Assembly: GCA_947174645.1 (NCBI GenBank)
Contig: CAMWJR010000001.1
Location: 1-30,568, forward strand
Source: an uncultured Verrucomicrobiota bacterium
GTDB taxonomy: Bacteria; Verrucomicrobiota; Verrucomicrobiia; Opitutales; LL51
Length of the DNA: 30,568 nucleotides
Direction of reading: 5' to 3'
The notes under the pieces were generated by a model that worked only from the letters and a program-made list of their open reading frames with translations, was not told the DNA's origin and searched no databases. A program made the position numbers and the translations under genes. Below are positions 7,551-16,069 of this stretch, in pieces (the stretch's first letter is position 1; each line of letters begins with the position of its first letter).

Positions 7551-9716
7551 CTAAACCCGCTGCTTAGAGGTAATCACATACTCTGTAGTCGTCTTTACCG
7601 GTATGAGAATCTGGCGTGCGACATTTCGCGGCACAAAATTCGACTTCGCCGGTTGCTTTACCGGGACTTTGGTGCCCGCTGGCAACTTATCTGCCGGACC
7701 CATCACGCTTTCCTGTTCGATGGCCCACATGATGAAGTGGAAAACCCACGAAATCAACTTGTAGCTAAAAAATGACTCACCGATTACCTCGTGCTCGTGG
7801 ATCTTAATCGAAGCCCTCCGTGGTGCCGACGTCACAGTCGGATCGACGTAATCTCCAAGTCCCAGCTGCGCCAAGAATAGTGTGAAGCCTGCCAACGCAT
7901 CACCGTCGATCTTGTAAATCTCATCGTCGCCGAGAAAATTACTGGGAATTGCACTCGGTTTTTTCACCGTTCCGTTCCGCTTGTTATCGATTTGCTGTTT
8001 CAGGACATCAAGCGCACTGGCCACAATCAACTCTTCATTGAAGTAAGCCAAATGAGAAATTATTTCTTCTTGCGGCAGCGTCTCCGGCGGATTTTCTCCG
8101 TTCAACAACGCCGTAGCAACTTTGAACATCTCCGCCCCTACCCCGTAAAACGGTACTTCATCGTGAGTCCCCTCGGGACGAAGATACCTGGAAAATTCCC
8201 ATTTCTCAACGGGAAATGCCGGGACGCGATAGGGGTGTAGAATCCCCAACATAGAAGTCTTAACACTTAGTAACTCCGCTAAAGTTTTGACGCCAGGGAA
8301 ACGATAACAACCCGCCGAAATAATGGTCCCATTTTTAAGGGTACCGGTAATGCCCGTACTTCCGTCTGAAAGCTTGCTAATTAGGAATTCTGTAAACTCT
8401 GTAATCTTCCGCTTCCAATCATCCGGTGACAGGGTCTTTTGAGGAGGAGTGCTCGTGGAGCTCGATCCATCGTTAACCGGACCGTTGGCTAGTGCCTGTG
8501 TTCCTTTTTTCTCTACTTGGCCTCCTTTTTGATCAACAACTTCGGTCCTCGTAAGAATCGTAACAATCTTATCGGCTATCTTTCTAAGATTTTGCGCAAA
8601 CAAATCCTTACAATCACGCGAAGCACACGTTCCCGTCTTTGTACTATCCCCAGACAGATAAATTGAAGGCAAAACAACTGTTTTCTTCGATAGCTTCGCG
8701 AGAGGATCAACAGTTTCCGCACTGAAGGTTACATCAATTCCTTCCGGATCAAAAGAAACAACTAGGCAAACGTGGCGCAACTCCGCCGCCACGGTATCTA
8801 TAAGCTCCATGATCTTCTTTTGTGAGAGATCCTCCACAACAGGTTTTGTCACGGCACTGACGTCGATCACTAACTGTGCAGGTTGATCAATTGTTTTTTC
8901 CGATGATGTCTCACTTTTTTCTTTCTGATCTGAAGGGATCTCCGTCTTTGCTAACTCACCTGTTGATTCCTTTCCCTCTTTTGATAGCGTCGCTGCATCA
9001 TTCAAAAGCAGCTGATGAGCCCAATTGCGGAGTACAGAAAAATCTAATCCCTCGACTTGGATACGGCAGCAATCTTTAGTTAACTTACCGACGTTCCAAG
9101 GCGTATTTCCCTGAACAACCGCTGCGAGCAGTTTTTTATCTTGGGAAATCTGTTCCAGCTGTGTTGCATCCCCGGTTACGATGAAAAAGCCCTCGTGTTC
9201 AAAAAACTTCGAGAAGCCACTCTCTTGGAGCATATCGCGCAAAACTTGAATTCGTGCCGGATCGGATACAGGGCGAAGTACAGCAAAACATCCAGGCGTA
9301 TGATCCTTTCTGTCGTAATAATGGATCACAACATCATAGCTGAGGTCTAAAATCCCTACTAACGGCAACGCCAACGCCGATATAAACGCTCGAGCTGTTA
9401 TTGACGCGATCCCAAAAGCATTAAACAACCCTTCTCGGCTAAAGATCCTTTCCGGAGCGGAAAAACGCACACTTGCGATAGGCTTTGAGTCTGCTAGACT
9501 CGGTAGTTCCTCTGCTTTTACACCACTGGTCGCCTTTTCTTGAACCGCAGGCAATGCCTTCGATTCCACCACTGGCGTTTCTAAAGCTTCTTTTACCTGC
9601 GGTACTTCCGCTACTGTCGGACTTGCGGGCTCGACTGTTGCGTTCTCTGCGCACAAGATTTCACAGCTGCCCATCCATAAACCCAGTGAAAGATGAAAGA
9701 CCAACGCTTTGTTCAT
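7551..9716 (-). CDS. Hypothetical exported protein, 721 aa
   Basis: Long ORF in the same orientation as its neighbours. Signal peptide MNKALVFHLSLGLWMGSCEILCA, a Pro/Glu/Ala-rich linker and two Ser/Glu/Lys-rich low-complexity inserts. No family recognised. Confidence 0.8.
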   Translation of the reverse strand: MNKALVFHLSLGLWMGSCEILCAENATVEPASPTVAEVPQVKEALETPVVESKALPAVQEKATSGVKAEELPSLADSKPIASVRFSAPERIFSREGLFNAFGIASITARAFISALALPLVGILDLSYDVVIHYYDRKDHTPGCFAVLRPVSDPARIQVLRDMLQESGFSKFFEHEGFFIVTGDATQLEQISQDKKLLAAVVQGNTPWNVGKLTKDCCRIQVEGLDFSVLRNWAHQLLLNDAATLSKEGKESTGELAKTEIPSDQKEKSETSSEKTIDQPAQLVIDVSAVTKPVVEDLSQKKIMELIDTVAAELRHVCLVVSFDPEGIDVTFSAETVDPLAKLSKKTVVLPSIYLSGDSTKTGTCASRDCKDLFAQNLRKIADKIVTILTRTEVVDQKGGQVEKKGTQALANGPVNDGSSSTSTPPQKTLSPDDWKRKITEFTEFLISKLSDGSTGITGTLKNGTIISAGCYRFPGVKTLAELLSVKTSMLGILHPYRVPAFPVEKWEFSRYLRPEGTHDEVPFYGVGAEMFKVATALLNGENPPETLPQEEIISHLAYFNEELIVASALDVLKQQIDNKRNGTVKKPSAIPSNFLGDDEIYKIDGDALAGFTLFLAQLGLGDYVDPTVTSAPRRASIKIHEHEVIGESFFSYKLISWVFHFIMWAIEQESVMGPADKLPAGTKVPVKQPAKSNFVPRNVARQILIPVKTTTEYVITSKQRV

Positions 9717-9785
9717 AATTTTCCCATCTCGGAGGATAAAAAATCGACTCTTAACGCAAGTCCAATCTCAGACGATCATTTTAAC

Positions 9786-10535
9786 TCAAAATTCGTAGGG
9801 AACCCGCGCAGAAAATTGAAACGATCGCCCCTGATAGCGGTACTCCAAATCAATAGCGCAAGATTGGAGGTAGAGCCGTTTCCCCAAAATCGACGCCAAC
9901 TGCCGGTTTAATTTAAAGTCACCATAAGTTTGGTCACCAATAATCGGCATTTGTCGCAATGCACACTGGACTCGTAATTGGTGTGTCCGTCCCGTTATCG
10001 GCTGCAACTGATAAATCGCCAAAATTGGCAGATCACTCCCCAGAGAGATGGTCCGAACTAACGTGTAGCGCGTGATAGCAAGCGTGCCTTGAAGATGCAA
10101 TTTTGGCTCAACACGGCGCGATCGAACGCAACCTTTAAGCCACTGTTTTTGCAGAACGTCACGAAAAACACCTTGCTGGGATAAAGACCGGTACAGTACA
10201 AGCGCACGGTACTCCTTTCGGACATGCCCTGCCGCAAAAGCCTGGCGAATCGCCTTAGCGACTGGAAGCGAAGTGCAGCCCAACACGATGCCTGACGTTG
10301 GCGTATCGAGGCGGTTCAGAAGAAAAAACTTTTCTCGGTTATTTTGATAACATCGCTGTGTGGGGTCATAATCGAGGTTCAGTAATGCACGGCGACAGCG
10401 CCCCAGGCGATTGGGCATCGACATAATTCCACATGGCTTATAGAGTGCAACCACCCCGTTGGGGTCAACAGCCACAACGGGGACTCCGGGCGCCATAAAA
10501 GGCTCCCAGTGCGTCGGATCATCACTCATCGGCAA
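9786..10535 (-). CDS. RluA-family RNA pseudouridine synthase
   Basis: ALYKPCGI, LNRLDTPTSGIVL (catalytic Asp), KEYRALV, TGRTHQLRVQ, PIIGDQTYG, LYLQS. Start is TTG 10535 or ATG 10529. Confidence 0.93.
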   Translation of the reverse strand: MPMSDDPTHWEPFMAPGVPVVAVDPNGVVALYKPCGIMSMPNRLGRCRRALLNLDYDPTQRCYQNNREKFFLLNRLDTPTSGIVLGCTSLPVAKAIRQAFAAGHVRKEYRALVLYRSLSQQGVFRDVLQKQWLKGCVRSRRVEPKLHLQGTLAITRYTLVRTISLGSDLPILAIYQLQPITGRTHQLRVQCALRQMPIIGDQTYGDFKLNRQLASILGKRLYLQSCAIDLEYRYQGRSFQFSARVPYEF

Positions 10536-10581
10536 AATTCAACTTGCCAATTTTTCGAGAAAAACAAGACTCATCAGCGTC

Positions 10582-10654
<73 letters not shown>

Positions 10655-10659
10655 CCTGT

Positions 10660-11589
10660 TTATTTTTTGCGTGCTATAACAACCAAAAATCTATCATCCA
10701 CCTTGACATCTCCCGGGTTATAGCGCCCCGAGCAATCTTTTGCGAACTCTTCAACGGTAAAGCCGTTTTTTTCTAAAAAATACTTCATTGAAGCTTTGTT
10801 AAAGAGATGAAAGTGTCGCGACATCCGGTCACCCTCAAAATTCGCATCAAAGTCTGGCGTCTCAAGAAACAGCAATCCTCCCGAACGAATCTTTTTTTCT
10901 AAAGCCTCTAAAATCGCTGACGGTGAGCGAAAATGCTCGAGCGTATCTACCATCGCAATTACATCGAAAAACCCATCCTCAAATCGATGAAAATAGTCGA
11001 TCGCGTCACATCGAACCACCTCTCCATAACGTGTAGCCTCCTTCTGAGAAAGGTCTGTTACATCATTTCCATAACAAACAAAACCCTTCCCTTTGGCTAA
11101 CTTCATGAAAACCCCATCCGCACAACCAACATCCAAAAAGCGCTCTTCACCTTTTCCTTTTTTTGTGTAGTGCTTCTCGATTAAACTCATGTAGTAGGAA
11201 AAAATACCTTCCCGGAAATTGGAATCATAATCATGAACAAACCCTTTGTACTTTCCTGAAAAATACTCATCGTAGAATCGCATTACTACATTATCATTCA
11301 AACGGGGCGACACCATCGCGAGCTGACAATTCGGACAGCACAACCAATGAAATTTTCGAGGAATAGCGGCAAATGGCACATCATTCTCCGGGTGTGCAGC
11401 GTAATAATCCCAAACGTAACCCCACTCCAACGAAGCATCATGCGTTGCCTTTTCAACTAGCTGGTTACCGCCACACAAATCGCAACGAGTTACCTCTTGC
11501 GCAACTTTCTCAACACCCCCGCTAGCAAAACAGCTCAACGCAGTACTTACCGTAAGTAGGAGCGGCATAACTCCTTTCAGAACATCCAT
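10660..11589 (-). CDS. Class I SAM-dependent methyltransferase with N-terminal Zn-ribbon-like CxxC motifs and a signal-peptide-like leader
   Basis: CDLC and CPNC pairs, RFLDVGCADG (motif I), FFDVIAMVDTLEHFRSP, GGLLFLETPD, HFHLFNKASMKYFLEKNGF. Leader MDVLKGVMPLLLTVSTALSCFA from ATG 11589; the ORF is open to 11625. Confidence 0.85.
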   Translation of the reverse strand: MDVLKGVMPLLLTVSTALSCFASGGVEKVAQEVTRCDLCGGNQLVEKATHDASLEWGYVWDYYAAHPENDVPFAAIPRKFHWLCCPNCQLAMVSPRLNDNVVMRFYDEYFSGKYKGFVHDYDSNFREGIFSYYMSLIEKHYTKKGKGEERFLDVGCADGVFMKLAKGKGFVCYGNDVTDLSQKEATRYGEVVRCDAIDYFHRFEDGFFDVIAMVDTLEHFRSPSAILEALEKKIRSGGLLFLETPDFDANFEGDRMSRHFHLFNKASMKYFLEKNGFTVEEFAKDCSGRYNPGDVKVDDRFLVVIARKK

Positions 11590-11681
11590 GATTGCAGAGA
11601 AGATGATTAAAATCCGTGTCGTCAACTCCAGACACTAGTACATCGCATTTTGATAAAATTCACACGCACTCCGAAGCGCGG

Positions 11682-11754
<73 letters not shown>

Positions 11755-11848
11755 GCGGCCCAATAACTGAACAACACTACTTCTAAAGTCAAGGGTTAAT
11801 TACCCAATGAATGCATATCAGCCCAGAACTGTGGCACTGTATAATCAG

Positions 11849-11877
11849 TTGCCAAAAGCCCCTTGTCGTTATACTAT
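11849..11877 (+). promoter_or_regulatory. Probable sigma70 promoter of the antiporter gene
   Basis: TTGCCA-17 nt-TACTAT, followed by GGAG at 11882-11885 and ATG at 11896. Confidence 0.45.
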
Positions 11878-11895
11878 ACTCGGAGAGAATGAGCC

Positions 11896-13290
11896 ATGTA
11901 CTGTCTTTTGAGCACCCTTAATCTACTTCCTATACCGCTTGAAACCTATGGAACGGCGAATTCGGAGAATTTAGCGCAAATTCTCGCCCATCGGATTCGA
12001 TGTGCCCCATTTAACGCATTTGCGACAACGATCTTTCTTTGTGCGGTACTGCACACATTTTTCGCTCCCATTTTTCAAAAAATCGCTACGCGTTTTAACA
12101 GCAATGGAACGCGCGACCGCATGCTTCATATTCTATTTCATTTTTTAGGCGAAATTGAGGTAATTTTTGGACTCTGGATACTGCCCTTAGCAATTGGGAT
12201 TCTTTATTTTTACGACTACAGGACCTTAGCGGGCTACATCCAATCCGTCAATTACGTGGAGCCCATGTTTATCGCCGTTATCATGACGATCGCAGCAAGC
12301 CGGCCGATCCTACAATTCGCACAACGCTGTATGCAGCGCGTTGCATCACTTAGGGGTTGTACTCCAAAAGCATGGTGGTTCGCTATTTTGACCATTGGTC
12401 CGCTCTTGGGATCGTTTATTACCGAGCCTGCCGCAATTACCATTTCCGCACTGCTTTTGTCGCAACAATTTTACGCCCTCGAGCCATCGATGAAATTTCG
12501 TTATGCGACGCTTGGACTGCTGTTCGTCAATGTCTCCGTCGGCGGTGTCTTGACCCACTTTGCTGCACCGCCGGTCCTTATGGTCGCCGAACGTTGGGGC
12601 TGGAATACGCCCTATATGTTCACGCATTTCGGAGTGATTGCGATGCTAGGAATTGCAATCGCAACAGCCCTTTACGGATTTCTCTTTCGGAGAGAGTTGC
12701 ATATTTTGCAGGAAAAGTCCCGGAAAGTCGAAGAGAAATCGCAAGAACAACCTACGGTTCCGTTATGGATTATCGGAATTCATCTTTGCTTTCTCATCTG
12801 GACAATCGTTAACATCCATACACCGGCACTTTTTATTTTGGGCTTCCTTTTCTTTTTGGGGTTTGTTCAGATTACAGCCCCCTACCAAACCCCAATCTCA
12901 TTGCGATCGCCTGTTCTCGTGGGTTTCTTCCTGGCGGGTCTTGTGACACACGGCGGTTTACAACAATGGTGGATTGAGCCTGTTTTAGGGCAGCTCGGCG
13001 AATCATCTCTATTTTGGGGCGCAACGCTGCTCACGGCATTTAACGATAACGCGGCAATTACCTATCTCTCTTCCTTAGTACCCTCTATTGCTCAAAATGC
13101 GGCGCTCAAACATGCGGTCGTCTGCGGTGCGGTAACTGGAGGTGGCCTGACGGTCATTGCCAATGCCCCGAACCCCGCAGGCCAGGCGATTTTATCCAAA
13201 CATTTTTCGAAAAAAATTTCACCATTGGGATTGCTTATGGGAGCGATTCCGCCAACACTCATCCTCGCAACTTGCTTTCTTTGCCTATAA
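11896..13290 (+). CDS. Putative Na+/H+ antiporter (Na_H_antiport_3/DUF1504 type)
   Basis: About 12 hydrophobic segments. HFLGEIEVIFGLW, LGSFITEPAAIT, LFVNVSVGGVLTHFAAPPVLMV, LTAFNDNAAITYL, GAVTGGGLTVIANAPNPAG. Confidence 0.85.
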   Translation: MYCLLSTLNLLPIPLETYGTANSENLAQILAHRIRCAPFNAFATTIFLCAVLHTFFAPIFQKIATRFNSNGTRDRMLHILFHFLGEIEVIFGLWILPLAIGILYFYDYRTLAGYIQSVNYVEPMFIAVIMTIAASRPILQFAQRCMQRVASLRGCTPKAWWFAILTIGPLLGSFITEPAAITISALLLSQQFYALEPSMKFRYATLGLLFVNVSVGGVLTHFAAPPVLMVAERWGWNTPYMFTHFGVIAMLGIAIATALYGFLFRRELHILQEKSRKVEEKSQEQPTVPLWIIGIHLCFLIWTIVNIHTPALFILGFLFFLGFVQITAPYQTPISLRSPVLVGFFLAGLVTHGGLQQWWIEPVLGQLGESSLFWGATLLTAFNDNAAITYLSSLVPSIAQNAALKHAVVCGAVTGGGLTVIANAPNPAGQAILSKHFSKKISPLGLLMGAIPPTLILATCFLCL

Positions 13291-13389
13291 GTTTCCTTTG
13301 GAATAATCCGTAAAAATTCTCACTAGTACACGAAATCATAGTTTTGTGTTGCCCTTCGAACACTCCATTTTTTAGTGGTCGGAGTCTTT

Positions 13390-14982
13390 ATGAAGTGTTT
13401 ACGAACTCTTTTTCTCGTTTTGGTTCTAGTCGGTATTGTGATTGCGGTGAGGCACTTTCAGCTCTTGCCGACAGCTAAAGATACCCTTCGTATTGGAAAT
13501 GCGACGGAAATTGCCACTTTAGATCCACAGCTAGCACCGGGACTCGACGAGGGGAAAGTTGTCTCTGCGATTTTTGAAGGGCTGTTTGTTCCAGCAACCC
13601 GTGATTTAAAACCATTACCGGGAGTTGCGGAGTCATATGTTGTCTCTAAGGACCGAAGAGAGTATATCTTCACCCTACGCGAAAATGCGCGTTGGAGTAA
13701 TGGTGATCCCGTTGTTGCCGGAGATTTTGTCAATGCCGTCCGCCGCGGACTCTCAACTAATCTCGGTTCTCCGTGGGCGGAACTCTATTTTGTACTCCTA
13801 AATGCACAACGCTACTACAATGACGAGGTTACCGATTTCTCAAAGGTTGGTATTGAGGCGGTCAACAGTAGGACTTTGAAGTTCACACTGGAGGAACCTA
13901 TCGATTATCTCCCCTCGTTGCTTATGCATTGGGCATGGTCCCCTGTTCACAAGACTTCCATTAAGCGTTTTGGTAGTCCTTATGATCGTAACAATCCGTG
14001 GACACGTGTTGGTAACATTGTAACCAATGGGCCCTATGTGCTTCAGTCGATTGAGGTTGGAGACAAGATTGTCGTGTCGAAAAACAAGTATTACTGGGAT
14101 TACGATAATGTCGCTATTGGGACGGTTCAATTTCTTTCCGGTGTCGATGCGATGACCGAGGAAAATATGTTTAATGCCAATCAGATCGATATCACGGACA
14201 ACGTCGCGGCAGAGAAGATTGAATTCTACAAATCACAAAAATTACTCAAAACGACGGCAACACTGGGCTCATTCTTTTTTTGGTTTAACTGCACGCGTCC
14301 GCCATTTGATGATGTTCGCGTGCGCAAAGCACTCAGTCTGGCCGTTGATCGCTCAGCGATTGGTAGGCTTCGGGGGCGTGGTGATGGCTTTGAGGCCTAC
14401 GCGCTCGTACCTCCAGGGACGTTTAGCTATAACGCGGACCGTCACCTGATGTCTGAAGATATTGCGCTCGCAAAACAACTACTTTGCGAGGCGGGGTATC
14501 CCGACGGAGAAGGATTTCCCAAGGTAGCACTTGTTTACAACACAACGCCAGGGCAAAAACTCATCGCGGAAGCTGTACAGGAGATGTGGCGTCGTAACCT
14601 GGGCATTAAAATCGATCTCCAAAGCTTCGAATGGGGTGTTTTTTTAGGCGAGCGTCGCGCACATAATTTTGCGATCTGCCGAGGAGGTTGGATCGGCGAT
14701 TATAACGATGCGACCACCTTTCTTGACCTGTTTCGCTCTGATAGCCCCAACAACCACGCACAATGGAAAAACAAAGAGTACGATGCTCTTCTCGGGCAGG
14801 CGGCTAAAGCGCCAGAAAATCGTGCCGCAATTCTTGCGGAGGCCGAGCGTCTAATTTTTGACGAGATGCCGATTGTTCCGCTCTATTACGATTCCACATG
14901 TCACCTCGTTGCGAAGCGCGTCGGCGGCTGGCACGCCAATATCCTCGACTGGCACGCGCTCAAGTTCGTGTATTTCCGTTAA
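13390..14982 (+). CDS. oppA: Oligopeptide ABC transporter substrate-binding protein (OppA family)
   Basis: TLDPQ, IFEGL, PGVAES, YIFTLRENARWSNGDPVVAGDF, NGPY, FNCTRPPFDDVRVRKALSLAVDR, GWIGDYND, MPIVPLYY. GGAG at 13381 favours ATG 13390 (ORF from GTG 13375). Confidence 0.88.
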   Translation: MKCLRTLFLVLVLVGIVIAVRHFQLLPTAKDTLRIGNATEIATLDPQLAPGLDEGKVVSAIFEGLFVPATRDLKPLPGVAESYVVSKDRREYIFTLRENARWSNGDPVVAGDFVNAVRRGLSTNLGSPWAELYFVLLNAQRYYNDEVTDFSKVGIEAVNSRTLKFTLEEPIDYLPSLLMHWAWSPVHKTSIKRFGSPYDRNNPWTRVGNIVTNGPYVLQSIEVGDKIVVSKNKYYWDYDNVAIGTVQFLSGVDAMTEENMFNANQIDITDNVAAEKIEFYKSQKLLKTTATLGSFFFWFNCTRPPFDDVRVRKALSLAVDRSAIGRLRGRGDGFEAYALVPPGTFSYNADRHLMSEDIALAKQLLCEAGYPDGEGFPKVALVYNTTPGQKLIAEAVQEMWRRNLGIKIDLQSFEWGVFLGERRAHNFAICRGGWIGDYNDATTFLDLFRSDSPNNHAQWKNKEYDALLGQAAKAPENRAAILAEAERLIFDEMPIVPLYYDSTCHLVAKRVGGWHANILDWHALKFVYFR

Positions 14983-15030
14983 AAAATAAAAAGATTGCGA
15001 GATATGGTGAGGATCGCTTATTAGGGGGCA

Positions 15031-16023
15031 ATGTTTACTAAGAAGGCGAAATCTCCAGATCGGCAGTATATCCTTGAGTTCGAGCGGCCACTTCGGGAAC
15101 TCCAAAGGAATCTTGACGAGTTATTGGAGCGTTCGCAGGGAGCGAAGATCGATATTTCGTCGGAAATCCATGCGCTTGAAGGAAAGATTGCTAATGAAGA
15201 GCACCGCATCTTTGCCAATCTAACCACCTGGCAGCGAGTCTTGATCGCGCGGCATCCAAGTCGGCCTTACGCACAGGATTACATCAAAAATATTTTTACA
15301 GATTTCCAAGAGCTTCACGGCGATCGTCGGTTTGGCGATGATCTGGCGATTATGGGCGGTTTTGCCGATCTCGATGGTGAACCCGTCATGGTTATTGGAC
15401 AGCGTAAAGGGCGGTCGCTTGAGGAAAATATTGCGTACAATTTCGGGTGTCCTTACCCCGAGGGTTATCGGAAAGCGCTACGACTCATGCGGCTTGCCGA
15501 AAAATTTTCTTTACCGATTATCACTTTTGTTGACACCCCAGGTGCCTACCCCGGCATCGGATCTGAAGAACGCCATGTCGCGGAGGCGATCGCGTTTAAC
15601 CTTCAAGAAATGGGACGTCTCGCAACCCCGATTTTATCGGTAATTATCGGCGAAGGTGGCTCTGGAGGCGCGCTCGGTATTGCGGTCTCCGATCGGGTAT
15701 TTGCCCTCGAAAATGCCTATTATTCCGTCATTTCTCCCGAAGGCTGCGCCGCGATTTTATGGAAAGATCGTAAATTTGCCCCGGGAGCTGCCGAAGCGCT
15801 CCAACTATCGCCACAAAACCTTTTACAGTTCGGAATCGCCGAGGAAATTATCCCCGAACCTCTTGGGGGCGCGCACCGTAACCCGGATTTTGTCTTCGAG
15901 GCGACGAAAGAAACGCTATTGCGACACCTCAAATCTCTTAAAAAGCTTTCTGAAAAACAGCTACTCGAGAAGCGCTATCAACGCTTCCGTTCTATCGGTA
16001 TTTTTTCTGAAACTGAGTCATAA
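15031..16023 (+). CDS. accA: Acetyl-CoA carboxylase carboxyltransferase alpha subunit
   Basis: LEFERPL, ARHPSRPY, ELHGDRRFGDD, PEGYRKALRLM, FVDTPGAYPGIGSEER, IGEGGSGGALG, YSVISPEGCAAILW. Confidence 0.97.
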   Translation: MFTKKAKSPDRQYILEFERPLRELQRNLDELLERSQGAKIDISSEIHALEGKIANEEHRIFANLTTWQRVLIARHPSRPYAQDYIKNIFTDFQELHGDRRFGDDLAIMGGFADLDGEPVMVIGQRKGRSLEENIAYNFGCPYPEGYRKALRLMRLAEKFSLPIITFVDTPGAYPGIGSEERHVAEAIAFNLQEMGRLATPILSVIIGEGGSGGALGIAVSDRVFALENAYYSVISPEGCAAILWKDRKFAPGAAEALQLSPQNLLQFGIAEEIIPEPLGGAHRNPDFVFEATKETLLRHLKSLKKLSEKQLLEKRYQRFRSIGIFSETES

Positions 16024-16049
16024 AAAAACGGCACTCTAGTGCCGTCTTT
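16022..16049 (-). terminator. Intrinsic terminator between convergent accA and nrdD (stronger for nrdD)
   Basis: ACGGCAC-TCTA-GTGCCGT stem-loop (16028-16045). The A run on its left gives a U tract on the minus strand; CTTT lies on the right. Confidence 0.75.
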
Positions 16050-16069
16050 GATCCTCTCTTTTATCGAAT

